Source of the DNA: Nitrospirota bacterium
GTDB lineage: Bacteria; Nitrospirota; UBA9217
NCBI GenBank assembly: GCA_963737155.1
Contig: CAVTRN010000001.1
Location: 128,001-192,000 of the forward strand
Direction of reading: 5' to 3'
Length of the DNA stretch: 64,000 nt
The notes below the pieces were generated by a model, which did no database searches, was not told the DNA's origin, and was given only the letters and a program-made list of their open reading frames with translations. Shown here piece by piece: positions 49,747 to 60,588 of the stretch; position 1 is the first letter of the stretch; every line of letters starts with the position of its first letter. The position numbers and the translations under genes are program-made.

Positions 49747-50650
49747 TTAAACCCTCCTGAGTTAATGTTCTGAAACTAGATAGAGCTGCGGAGTCGCTCT
49801 GACACAAACATCCTTTATATACGCCGCCATTTAAAAACCAATATACGTGTTTTCATTTATTTCTCCGACATTCTAGATAAAGAGACCATCCAGATGTCCG
49901 GCTTGACCCCTGTGCGGACTTCGACCTTTTATCCAAAGTCATATGGCAAACTGTAATGGTTCAGTAAAACGCTCAAAAGAGCATTCATCCACCCGTAAAC
50001 GCCGCTTTCTCCTGGCGACGCTGGGAGAATTGTGGCAGAGTACATCGCGAGCATTACAATACTATTCGGCTTCACATCGCCATTGGCTACATCACGTCGC
50101 CAGACAACCTGAACGACACGGACAAAGAAATTATCAAAGAACGGGATCAAGAAAGCTTGAAGCTGCCCGGGAACAACGGAGAATCAGGAGACAGCAGGCA
50201 CACCAGAAAAACGCCATACCCTGAGCGTTCGCATATTCCATAAATCAAACGCCTGCCTAGTCCATTTCCGACTAAGGCAAAACATAAGCTTACTTAAAGT
50301 GCGTTGTATGGGTTCATCATTTAGCCAATATACTTATCGGTATTATAGGCGATGGACTTTAATGACCAACAGAAAACGGACATGAGTAATCATTGACCCA
50401 AATGTGCCAAGACATCGTTGATGCTGTACAAATTTCGCAAAATCAATGCCACTACACATCATTAATATTATCAATATGTTATCGATTACTTATGGGCTGA
50501 TTCGATCTGGACAAAATTGAGCTTATCCGAGCCATTCAAACGACTGAAGGAATCGTGATTGGCTTTAGAACCCCATGTTTAAAAATGCAGTCAACCCTAA
50601 TGCATGTGGCTTGAGGAGCAAAAACCCATGCACAAAGCCCATGCACGTCG

Positions 50651-50826
50651 TTGACATCGCGCTGAATCAGGCATATATTTGTGTCAGGATATGTATTACC
50701 ATGAGGCTACAATTTGTTAACCATCCCGCAGAAATAAGATTCGTCTTTCTCTTTCCACCTGGGTATCTGCCTGAGGAAAATAAAAGCGGCCGAGGCGGAA
50801 ACCGCATGCGGGGATCATCTTTTTTT
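50651..50826 (+). ncRNA. Candidate structured sRNA or leader with its own promoter
   Basis: TTGACA-N17-TATATT; ATCCCGCA/TGCGGGGAT closes three hairpins; T7 run follows. Confidence 0.4.
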
Positions 50827-50990
50827 AACAGTGGGGAAGTGCATCGAAGAGGCATAGATCAGTTACTCTGTCTTGAGGACTCCTTGATGACTTTGAAGGG
50901 CCAAATTAAAGTTACTATAGGTGGATTAAACATTCAAAAACAGCCCCGGAGGGGGCGTTTCAAACCGCATTTCAGCGGGAGGTTCCAAGC

Positions 50991-51743
50991 ATGATGAGAA
51001 CATCAAACCCTGCATTGAACAACGCAAGCTTTTCTGGATTCAGGAGTACATCCCCCACTACAGAATCCATGACTATCCAGGGCACGGTGAACAAGTCCCT
51101 GGTCCTTCTAGTGCTGCTTTCTCTTTCCGCAGCCTGGATGTGGCGGGCCTATTTGATCAGCCATGACCTGGGAGCGGTCACCCCATGGCTTTTTGTTGGC
51201 GGCATAGGCGGGTTTATCGTTGCCTTAATCACGGTTTTCAAAAAGACCTGGTCGCCGGTCACGGCGCCGATCTATGCCGTGCTTGAAGGCCTAGTGCTTG
51301 GCGGTATCTCGTCAATCTTCGAAGCCAGATACCCAGGCATCGTAATCCAAGCAGTGGGGCTCACCTTTGGCACGCTTTTCGGCTTGCTCCTAGCCTATAA
51401 GTCAGGCCTCATCCGCGCCACGGAGAAATTCAAGCTCGGCGTGGTCGCGGCAACGGGCGGAATCGCGCTGTTTTATATCATCACCATGGTTCTCGGGTTC
51501 TTCAATATCCATATCCCTTATATTTACGAAAACGGCTTGATCGGTATCGGCTTCAGCCTCTTTGTTGTGGTCATTGCGGCGCTGAACCTAGTGCTCGATT
51601 TCGACTTCATCGAGCAGGGTGCGGCCCATGGCGCGCCTAGGTATATGGAGTGGTACGGCGCCTTCGGCCTTATGGTCACGCTCATATGGCTCTATCTGGA
51701 AATCCTGCGGCTGCTCTCGAAGATGAGAAGCAGGAGGGATTGA
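50991..51743 (+). CDS. Bax inhibitor-1/YccA family membrane protein
   Basis: SNPAL, YAVLEGL, LVLDFDFIE, TLIWLYLEILRLL. Confidence 0.92.
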   Translation: MMRTSNPALNNASFSGFRSTSPTTESMTIQGTVNKSLVLLVLLSLSAAWMWRAYLISHDLGAVTPWLFVGGIGGFIVALITVFKKTWSPVTAPIYAVLEGLVLGGISSIFEARYPGIVIQAVGLTFGTLFGLLLAYKSGLIRATEKFKLGVVAATGGIALFYIITMVLGFFNIHIPYIYENGLIGIGFSLFVVVIAALNLVLDFDFIEQGAAHGAPRYMEWYGAFGLMVTLIWLYLEILRLLSKMRSRRD

Positions 51744-51977
51744 GAGAAATGATATGGTAACGAATCCTTCCCTGAAGTTTATTGCAGTTTCCATTCTTTG
51801 CATCGCATAAAGTTCCAGCCCAAGTTCGTCGACATTATACGGTGCTCATAAAATATCCGGATATTTCCAAAATCCCTTGACTGAAAATAACCATTCTGGG
51901 ATACATTTCCCATCCACTTTGTTAAATCGTTTTACACAGAATAAAGCTATCGGAAGAAAAAACCAAAATACATTAAA

Positions 51978-52715
51978 ATGAGTGACCGTAATCATTTAAA
52001 TTGGAGCGTGCCTATAGAATTCTCAGGGAGCGATTATCGAAGTCGCTTTGCACAGATGGTAGGGCTATGTATTGCACTGTTTGCACTCTTACCTCAGCTA
52101 AGCTATTCGTCTTCATGGTACTCTGTTGAGAACACGACAGATGGGATTCAGATTTTTAGGAAAGAAGTAAACGGAACCGGGCTGATTGCGTTTCGGGGAA
52201 TCGGAGTCGTCGACACGCCATTGCCCATAGTAGCGACGGTCATATTTGATACCGACAAGCGGCGGGAGTGGATTGAAGGCCTCGTCGCTTCAAGAATCAT
52301 CCATTGGGAAAACAAGGACAACTTCATTGAATACGACCATATTGGAATGCCATTCTTTATGAAGGACCGTGATTTTGTATCGAAAGTTACAATGAGCTTC
52401 GATCAGTCTAAGAAGGTGCTGGTTTTCCATTATCGGCCATCGGACGATCCCTCTGTTCCGCATACCAACTACATTCGTGGCGAACTGATCGACGCAACCT
52501 TTATCCTGAGTTCTATCGATAATGATAAACAGACTAAGGTCGATGCAGAGTTTCTTTGTGACCCGAAAGGATGGATTCCGAAATGGCTCGTTAACTTTTT
52601 CCTTAAAGACTGGCCGAAATCAACTTTCAGAAATTTGCGAAAGGAGGTTCTGAAAGACCTCTCAGTTGACACGCATTTCTCCAAGTTGCTTAAGCATGGG
52701 ACAATCGACCCGTAA
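51978..52715 (+). CDS. START-domain protein, copy 2 (paralog of 28341-29081)
   Basis: High similarity in the CDS and about 150 bp upstream. Confidence 0.85.
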   Translation: MSDRNHLNWSVPIEFSGSDYRSRFAQMVGLCIALFALLPQLSYSSSWYSVENTTDGIQIFRKEVNGTGLIAFRGIGVVDTPLPIVATVIFDTDKRREWIEGLVASRIIHWENKDNFIEYDHIGMPFFMKDRDFVSKVTMSFDQSKKVLVFHYRPSDDPSVPHTNYIRGELIDATFILSSIDNDKQTKVDAEFLCDPKGWIPKWLVNFFLKDWPKSTFRNLRKEVLKDLSVDTHFSKLLKHGTIDP

Positions 52716-53074
52716 AAAATCTATATGATTATCAACTATCTCGCAGTTTACGATCGGCGCAGACGGTTCATGATGCCCATGACGATGGCCATGATCTGGC
52801 GAGGACGGATCCCACCTTCGTCATCACCGTAGGCGGCTATCAAGTAGCTGAAATTTGTTTTTATTCAATTTTTAAAGTAAATTATTTCCAATAAACTAAA
52901 ACTGTGATAGGCTTTTAATATATTTTCAGATTGCCGTGTTACATTATCGATGGTCATTAGCTACCACTCTTACTGGATTTCTGAGTTCGCGGGACGGTTT
53001 CCATCTCCATCATAACTGTTCAGAAGCATTGGAAGACAGGAGACATAAGTCGAATCCTTAATTCAAAAGAAGAG

Positions 53075-53581
53075 GTGCTTCTCCTTATGTGGGTCAGACA
53101 ATTTTCGGAATGTGGTTCCATGATGCGATTGCGCAAGGTGATGAACTTATCGAGTACTTTCCTAATGGTTTTACTCGTAACCTACTTCTATTTACTTCAA
53201 AGCGCGGCAGTGTACGGTCAAGAGTGGATGTCACGGGAGTCTATAGCACTTACACCCTTAATGCCTGCTCCCTACCCGACGCCACCCTCACCCTACCCAG
53301 CACCTACTCCCTACCCGGCGATACCCGCGCCCTCCTACCCGACACCTGCACCTTACCCCACTATGCCCGAGCCCAACCCGCCAACACCCGCGCCCTCCCC
53401 GGCACCTGCACCCTACCCGCCTGCGCCCGAACCAAACCCGACTACACCCGCGCCCTATCCAGCGCCTGCTCCCTACCCGACGACGCCCGAACCAAATCCG
53501 ACTACACCCGCGCCCTACCCGACACCTACTCCCTACCCGATACCTGCTCCTGCCCCAGAACCTGGCTTGGATGGCTCTTAG
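53075..53581 (+). CDS. Exported low-complexity Pro-rich repeat protein
   Basis: Hydrophobic segment followed by PAPYP / PEPNP repeats. Confidence 0.55.
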   Translation: MLLLMWVRQFSECGSMMRLRKVMNLSSTFLMVLLVTYFYLLQSAAVYGQEWMSRESIALTPLMPAPYPTPPSPYPAPTPYPAIPAPSYPTPAPYPTMPEPNPPTPAPSPAPAPYPPAPEPNPTTPAPYPAPAPYPTTPEPNPTTPAPYPTPTPYPIPAPAPEPGLDGS

Positions 53582-53819
53582 TATGGAACAGCGAGTTGAG
53601 ACGCGCTATAACTTCTTCAAGTAACCATTGCGAGCGACGCGAAACAAGGTTATTTCGATACCCTGATCTTTGTTTGATGAAGGACCAATGGCACAGGAAC
53701 CTATGACCCCTACTATGTGCTAACCCAACAGGCCGGGGAATTACTGCTAGCGCGGATGCACGACACGCCTGGACTTGTCGCCACCGAACCGGAAAACGTA
53801 CGAAATTACTATATGGCCT

Positions 53820-54500
53820 CTACTTGCTTAGGTACTCCTTGAGCTTGTCTGCCGTTCGCTGCAGGGCGTCAGAATAGGACCGGGAATTGTAGTGATAGCC
53901 ACCCTTGACGAAGTCGTGATCCGTCTTCGGGTAGGTAACCAGCTCAAATGGCAGGCCGCTGCTGGTGGCCGCTGCCGCCAAAGTGCGCGCCTTAGTGACT
54001 AGGCAGCAGTCACGATAGGTGTCATCTTCACCGGCAAACATGAGCACTGGCACCTTTAACCTGCTCACGAAGCCGGGTACATCGCGAATGAAGGTGGTAG
54101 CAGGGTACCATACCACGGCACCGGCCACCAGATCTGGCCATTGCGTTCCGTAAAAAAGCGACATGCCCCCGCCCAGGGAGAAGCCGACTAAGGCGACTTT
54201 ACCGGGAAGCGCATGCGGCATTTGCTGCGCTTGTTGAATGGCTGTTTTCACGCCAGCCCCGTGGGTTCCTTCCATGGTTTTGCCGTCAAACAAGACGACG
54301 TCATAGCCGAATTTAGCGATCTCTCGGGCTACGGCGGTGTAGTGCGATGGGCCCGAAAGGCCGGAGGCCAAGACGACCACGCGTCCTTTACCTTGAGGTG
54401 GCGGAAACTCCTGTTGCGCATATGCGACCGTAGTCGCGGTGAAGCATGCGAGTATGCCAATTACAGCCGCATTCAGGGTAATCAATTTTAGTGTCTTCAT
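53820..54500 (-). CDS. Dienelactone hydrolase family alpha/beta hydrolase, exported
   Basis: GFSLGG, PVLMFAGEDD, YPKTDHDF. Confidence 0.88.
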   Translation of the reverse strand: MKTLKLITLNAAVIGILACFTATTVAYAQQEFPPPQGKGRVVVLASGLSGPSHYTAVAREIAKFGYDVVLFDGKTMEGTHGAGVKTAIQQAQQMPHALPGKVALVGFSLGGGMSLFYGTQWPDLVAGAVVWYPATTFIRDVPGFVSRLKVPVLMFAGEDDTYRDCCLVTKARTLAAAATSSGLPFELVTYPKTDHDFVKGGYHYNSRSYSDALQRTADKLKEYLSK

Positions 54501-54738
54501 GTTTATTTCTCCCTCATGGTTGGAATGACTTATTATTATAAATATATCACATATATTCGTTCGCTAGTGTTGAAAGCGCAAAAAATGGCAATGCATTGAT
54601 ACTGGCATATTTTAAAATATCTGTTTATGATGCATACCATGTGCGGCATTGTATGAAAAATAAATTAGCTCTTCCTAGTCTGAGATTGCATTTGTAATAT
54701 CGTGAAAAGTTTTGGAATAGCGGTGGTGAAATTAAACT

Positions 54739-55575
54739 ATGAAAATCCGAACGTGCTCGAAGACCCGTGAAAAGCTGGCAGATATTCTTGAAGAATCGAA
54801 AAATGATGAGATAGTAATTCGTAATCGGCTGCGATGGACCTCTTGCCTAACGGCACCTCTTGCAACGCTCGCGTTCTGGGGTGGCATGTTCATGGCGGCG
54901 CGGCGGTATCCTTCGGAATATGACTGGCGATACATGCCGGTATCCATTCTGCTCTCTCCCGAGCGCAATGCCGCCGGCCATATATGGGCGTCGGGAGGCA
55001 TTGTGTTATGTAGCCTTTGCGGATTGTGCTGGGCGGCGGCATTGGCCAAGTTTTGGAATCATAAGAGTGCGGGAGACCCGCCAGGAGGAATCAGGGTTCT
55101 GCGGCTTGGATACTTCTTTATGATGTGTTCCGCGGTGCTGCCGGATTGGGTGCTCCGGATACATAAAGGGCACGAAATCCTTGCGTCGTTGGCATTTGCC
55201 GGCTTGTGCATCGGGATGATCCCTCTGATGTTCCAGACTAGTAAGCGGACCTTTCTGCAACGGATCCGCAGACCTATTGGCCGTGCGAGGTTGTATGCAG
55301 CCATCTTGGCCAGCTCTGCAGTGCTCCCGATCTTGCTGGCGGGCTTAGCCCAGGCGTATGTCCATTACGTGCTCCCGGAACTCCCTTGGGTAAGTATCTC
55401 ATGGCGTGCCCGCGGAGTGCCCGTGTATTTAAGTTTTGCCTTTTGGGAATGGATTACATGCGTCGTGCTTTCCGCATACATGACTATCCTCTCCCTGGCA
55501 ACACATGAGGTCTATCCCATACGTCAAGCCGGAGGGAACTTCGACAATGCCCAACATGATCGAATCGATAGTTGA
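54739..55575 (+). CDS. Hypothetical multi-pass membrane protein
   Basis: About 6 hydrophobic segments. Confidence 0.6.
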   Translation: MKIRTCSKTREKLADILEESKNDEIVIRNRLRWTSCLTAPLATLAFWGGMFMAARRYPSEYDWRYMPVSILLSPERNAAGHIWASGGIVLCSLCGLCWAAALAKFWNHKSAGDPPGGIRVLRLGYFFMMCSAVLPDWVLRIHKGHEILASLAFAGLCIGMIPLMFQTSKRTFLQRIRRPIGRARLYAAILASSAVLPILLAGLAQAYVHYVLPELPWVSISWRARGVPVYLSFAFWEWITCVVLSAYMTILSLATHEVYPIRQAGGNFDNAQHDRIDS

Positions 55576-56151
55576 TGCGCGGCAAATCTTCGCGCCGTAC
55601 CTTTTCTGATGGCGGTCATTGTTTGCGAATCAGACTCCTTAGGAGGCTCAGCCAAATTCCGCAAGCATATCATAAATGGACATTTGTCAGCCTAATGCTA
55701 AAAGGTCCTTATCTGGCTGCGTCGCAACCAGCGCCTTGTATCCTCGCTCTGCAGTGACAGGAAGTTACGGCGCGGATGATAAATATGGCTTGACTTTTTT
55801 GCCGTTTGGTATTTAATTTAAATAGTTTCAAGTTTACCGGAAGATTCCTACGCGAGATAGCGATTTCCAAACGGGTTGATGGAGCCATCGGGTTCCATCA
55901 TCGCTTCAGGGGTTTTGCGGAGGTTCTCACGAGCAATGTTCGGCGCCGGAAATTTCGTAAGATCATTTGAACGGAAATGAGGCAAAAACAAAATCAATAA
56001 AAACACCACGCTGTGGCATGACTCGCGCAGTATCGCACGCGTATCGTCCTCCGGCGACAGCAGCTTCGTCCGCTCATCGCCGCTCTTCCACAGCCGGTTG
56101 TGTCCGGGTACATTACTCGGTCGCAAACCGCATTCCTGATGAGGAGAAATA

Positions 56152-57150
56152 ATGGACTACGTCAATCTCGGTAAAACCGGCCTCAAAGTTTCCCGCATAT
56201 GTCTCGGCTGCATGACTTATGGAGCGCCTGCCACAGGCGAACTTAAACCCGGCAGCCACGCCTGGGCCCTTAGCGAAGAGGAAAGCCAGCCTTTCCTACG
56301 CCAAGCCCTCGAACTTGGGATCAATTTTTTTGACACGGCCAATGTTTACTCGCGCGGCGAAAGCGAGAAAGTTCTCGGGCGATTCCTGAAAGCAAACACC
56401 CGCCGCGAAGACGTCGTCATCGCCACCAAGGTCAACGGCATCATGCGCGACGGACCCAATGGCCGCGGCCTGTCCCGGAAGTCCATCTTATTCGAACTCG
56501 ACGAGAGCCTCCGTCGTCTACAGACCGACTACGTAGACCTCTACCAAATTCATCGCTGGGATTACGAAACGCCGATCGAGGAAACTCTCGAGACGTTGAG
56601 CGACGTGGTGAAATCGGGCAAGGTCCGCTATGTCGGAGCCTCTTCCATGTACGCTTGGCAATTTACCAAGGCACTCTATCTCGCTCAACTGCACGGCTGG
56701 ACCCGTTTTGTTTCCATGCAGAATCACTACAACCTGCTTTATCGTGAAGAAGAACGCGAGATGATTCCCCTTTGCCAGTCTGAAGGCATCGCCATCATTC
56801 CCTGGAGTCCCCTCGCACGTGGCCGTCTAGCCCGCCCTTGGCAAACCGAAAGCACTAAGCGCTATGAAACCGACCAGTTCGGGAAAAGCCTGTACTCGCA
56901 GACTGAAAAAATTGACCACGCAGTCGTCGATCGCTTGGGACATATCTCAGAGCAGCGTCTCGCTTCTCGCGCTCAGGTAGCGCTTGCCTGGATGCTCAGC
57001 AAACCGGCGATTACGGCGCCAATTGTCGGAGCTACGAAGCCGCACCATCTATCGGACGCCGCCGGAGCTCTCTCGCTACGTCTGACGTCCGAAGAAATTG
57101 CCTCTCTCGAAGAGCCCTATACTCCGCATCCTGTGTCAGGCTTCAAGTAG
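56152..57150 (+). CDS. Aldo/keto reductase
   Basis: GINFFDTANVY, LQTDYVDLYQIH, PWSPLARG. Confidence 0.95.
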   Translation: MDYVNLGKTGLKVSRICLGCMTYGAPATGELKPGSHAWALSEEESQPFLRQALELGINFFDTANVYSRGESEKVLGRFLKANTRREDVVIATKVNGIMRDGPNGRGLSRKSILFELDESLRRLQTDYVDLYQIHRWDYETPIEETLETLSDVVKSGKVRYVGASSMYAWQFTKALYLAQLHGWTRFVSMQNHYNLLYREEEREMIPLCQSEGIAIIPWSPLARGRLARPWQTESTKRYETDQFGKSLYSQTEKIDHAVVDRLGHISEQRLASRAQVALAWMLSKPAITAPIVGATKPHHLSDAAGALSLRLTSEEIASLEEPYTPHPVSGFK

Positions 57151-57460
57151 CCTGCATTGGAAGGCTCTGCTCCAGCCGTTATGCTGTCGAAGTCCAATAA
57201 CCGTCAGCGACAAATTGATCCAGTGAACTACAGGAACTCGGTTAATCTCGCGGTGCAGGTCACCATATCACCGCTCCAAGAATATATTCATCAATAAGAT
57301 AGGTGGTTGATAAGTCATATTTATTTTAAAACTGATGAAATTAAATTGGCGATGTTGATCTAGCGGGTCTGCCAGTGCTCTCTATTTATGTTTAATGTCG
57401 CGTAACTCTCAATATTCCTAATGCTCGAGAATTAGCCCATTTTAACGAGGAGATAAGAAG

Positions 57461-57625
57461 ATGGAGTGTCATTTATTTGATGAAATTGCAAAAGTTTCTT
57501 TTGATCTCCACAAAAAGAAAGAATAGGCACACGGATACGACCTGCAAGATTGGCTTAAGGCAGGGAAAATAGTATTATCTCGGCATGAGAGGGAAGCTGA
57601 AACTGAAAAATCAAAAAAACCTTAA
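57461..57625 (+). pseudogene. DUF2934-like small protein with an internal TAG
   Basis: MECHLFDEIAKVSFDLHKKKE*AHGYDLQDWLKAGKIV; GAGGAG RBS; TAG at 57524. Confidence 0.65.
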
Positions 57626-58292
57626 AAGACGATGACTAAGCAAGAGAAATGGAAAAGACAATTTCATGTAACAGTCGGAGGTTAGTAATCAGTTGTGAAC
57701 AATCAATGATGTGCGATAAAGTCTGCATCTGGCAAGACATCGGAACCGCATGCAGTTACTCTTAAAGTTGCTGTAGTTGCTGTTCTTTATAAAATTCAGT
57801 GTTTTTGACAGCTACTTGATAATGTAAAAATAAACGGAGCCTTCTCTGCAGTTCAGACGGCAGCTAAAAGCATTCGATATCCCCTCGCCAGTAACGAGTT
57901 CCGAAAACATCAAAACTCAATTTATTTCGAAGCCCTAACTTTTTTGGAATTAACTAAAACTGCAAGTTAGGTCGCTTCATGATATGGTATAGTCAGGATT
58001 TGTGTGTACAGGTTCTGTCAACGCCATTAAAGAATCAAATATTCTTTGACGACTGTGACTTCGAGGGCGCGTTAGGCATAGCTGCTAGGTAATGCGTCGA
58101 AAGCCTTTGGATTCTTCCATAACAGCAGACCTGGCTTTTCACTGTAAATTAAATTCAAGACTAGGGCATGGTTAAGTATGCCATTTACGGACGTCGTAAA
58201 CACTAAATTCATGCCGCAACACATGATACTTGCAGACTGTCAATATGGCCGAGGCCGATCAGTAAATGGCATAGCGTTTTAACATATGATCC

Positions 58293-59918
58293 TTACACTC
58301 TAAACCAGGCGGTATTCTCTTTGAGATCCAATGCAAGTCTGGCTAAACTGCCAGCAGAAGACTTGATTTGCTCGGTCGAAGTAGCAGTTCTACGGCTGAA
58401 ATCAGCGATATTCTCCATGCTTCGGGACACCTGGTCTGTGGCAGCAGACTGTTGTTCCGTTGCGGCAGCGATTCGCTGCACCATGTCCGTTGACTTGCCC
58501 GACACAATCACTATGGACGAAAGCGCGTCCTTCGCGGAGTTCACCAACCCTTTTCCCTTATCAACCTCCGTGGCGCCTTTCTTCACGGCCGCAACAGACT
58601 TCTTTGTATCGTCCTGGATGGTCTCGATCCGCTTCGATATGTCGCGTGTTGCCTGACCTGTTCGCTCAGCCAGCTTACGAACTTCGTCCGCAACCACGGC
58701 GAAACCTCTGCCTTGATCGCCAGCCCGGGCGGCCTCGATTGCCGCATTAAGAGCAAGGAGATTGGTCTGTTCGGCAATTGCGTTGATTACTGTGACTATT
58801 TCCCCGATTTGCACCGAGTTTTTACCAAGCATCTCAATCATTTCCGCAGATTTACTGACTGTTGCAGCAATAGTGACCATTCCCTCGGTGGCTAAGTCAA
58901 TATTTTCTTTGCCTGCGTCGGCCGTTTCCACCGAACGAGTGGCAGCATCAGCGGCATCCGCGGCATTTTTTGCCATATCCACGATAGTCTGGGACACCTC
59001 TGTCATCGCTGTAACCACCTGGTCGGTCTGCACAGAAAGATCGGATACCCCTTTACTCAGTTCTTCAGACGTGGCAGAAAGTTCTTCGGAACTTGAGGCA
59101 AGGGTGGCTGTTGAATTATTAATTGACCCTACCACGCGCTTTACGTTACGGATCATGATATTGAAGCTCTCCGCAACATCTCCGATTTCATCTTTTGAGA
59201 TCACAGGCACATCTCGTGTTAAATCGCCCTTGGCTGCCGCTTCGGTCACCTCTTTTACTGCGTTCAGCGACCGTGAAATACCGCTGATAATCCCCCAAGC
59301 CACGGCAAAACCTATTACGAGACCCCCGAGCATCAACACGGTGAAAATGATTTTTGTTAGCTTGTAGTCGGCCGCAAAAGTGTCATATTTACTCTTCGCT
59401 TGCTCGATCTGCATACTGCTAAGTTTTTTCATATCCGAAGTAACGACGGAGTACATACCGATGAAATTGGTCATGTAGAATGTCTTTGCGTCTTCAATTT
59501 TACCACTTCTGATCAGACTCTCAAGCGGGAGGATGCCTTCACTATTATACGTGTCAATGTCACGAGCCGTGGCATGAGCAATCTCTTGCTCTTCCGGCGT
59601 CATGGGGATCTCGCTATATTGTTTTAATTCCTTGGTAATAATGCTGACGTGGTCACCGTTCTTGCTCAGAATATCGTCGATGATCTCCCTTGTTGGCTTC
59701 AGCAGAAGCGTTGCGAGATTTAACCTGATCCGCAGGTTTTCCGACTCAACGGTTGAAAGGTGGCTAAGCGCAACGGTATTGTCTTCATAAACCGACCTGA
59801 GGGCATCATGGGCCTGACTCAGTTCCCGGATGCCGTACAAACCTACCAGGAGCATAAATAGTGAGAGTGTTCCTACCAGTAAATACAATCGCGACTTGAT
59901 TTTGAATCTGTTAAACAT
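58293..59918 (-). CDS. Methyl-accepting chemotaxis protein (4HB-HAMP-MCP signal)
   Basis: [40 protein letters not shown]. Confidence 0.96.
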   Translation of the reverse strand: MFNRFKIKSRLYLLVGTLSLFMLLVGLYGIRELSQAHDALRSVYEDNTVALSHLSTVESENLRIRLNLATLLLKPTREIIDDILSKNGDHVSIITKELKQYSEIPMTPEEQEIAHATARDIDTYNSEGILPLESLIRSGKIEDAKTFYMTNFIGMYSVVTSDMKKLSSMQIEQAKSKYDTFAADYKLTKIIFTVLMLGGLVIGFAVAWGIISGISRSLNAVKEVTEAAAKGDLTRDVPVISKDEIGDVAESFNIMIRNVKRVVGSINNSTATLASSSEELSATSEELSKGVSDLSVQTDQVVTAMTEVSQTIVDMAKNAADAADAATRSVETADAGKENIDLATEGMVTIAATVSKSAEMIEMLGKNSVQIGEIVTVINAIAEQTNLLALNAAIEAARAGDQGRGFAVVADEVRKLAERTGQATRDISKRIETIQDDTKKSVAAVKKGATEVDKGKGLVNSAKDALSSIVIVSGKSTDMVQRIAAATEQQSAATDQVSRSMENIADFSRRTATSTEQIKSSAGSLARLALDLKENTAWFRV

Positions 59919-59970
59919 GTTTTAGTCTCCTTGCTTTTGCAGCCGTGCGAATTAAAATAACTGTATATTT

Positions 59971-59997
59971 ATATCGGTCAAAAAATTAGAAACTTTA
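59971..59997 (-). promoter_or_regulatory. sigma28 (FliA) promoter of the MCP
   Basis: TAAAGTTT-N11-ACCGATAT. Confidence 0.75.
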
Positions 59998-60588
59998 GTT
60001 ATTTCCTTATCAGCCCAAAGTTAGCTTCAATAAACCCAAAATATGGAAAAATTCACTGCTGTTCAGTATCGCTGCCGGTGTCCCAACGTCGCATGATGAA
60101 AATTGCATGACTCAGAGAATATAATAAGCATTTTACTCAAATGCAACTTTTCGATATGAAATAATTTATGGCGGCTAGACGTGGTACCGCATCCCTGTGG
60201 AAAAACAAGCCCGTTGCGCGTCGGAAAAACCGCTTGCTCCTGATTATCAGAAGCGAAGCAGATGACCGCGGGCATGAGCCCATGGATGAATACGTCCCTC
60301 TTGTTTCACTCCCCCTTCAGGGGAGTTAGGAGGGAGTGATTTTGTGGTTTCACTTATTATTCATTTCGTAGCACATTTATTTAGAAAATCAAGAAACGTC
60401 TTCAACGTTTCCTTGCCCCGAGTTGCTATATCCCGAAAATTCCGTGCCTATAAAATATGCATTTTGCCGTTTATCCAATTTTTTCAAACTGCAGATGAAT
60501 CGGGCCTCTTGATCCATGAGCTTGCATGTTACAATAACACGGATATATCCAAGGTCGTCAAATGTAAAGAAACATTAGATGCACTGCA

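Noticed and set aside
49929-50224. Possible IS remnant
   Set aside because: Only a vague resemblance; no IRs, TSD or DDE motif identifiable
57524-57526. TAG as pyrrolysine readthrough
   Set aside because: Other conserved positions are also decayed and no pyl genes are in view; a pseudogene is simpler
60180-60340. c-di-GMP riboswitch upstream of the MCP
   Set aside because: Hairpins are present but the GEMM consensus is not; a sigma28 promoter close to the gene explains its expression
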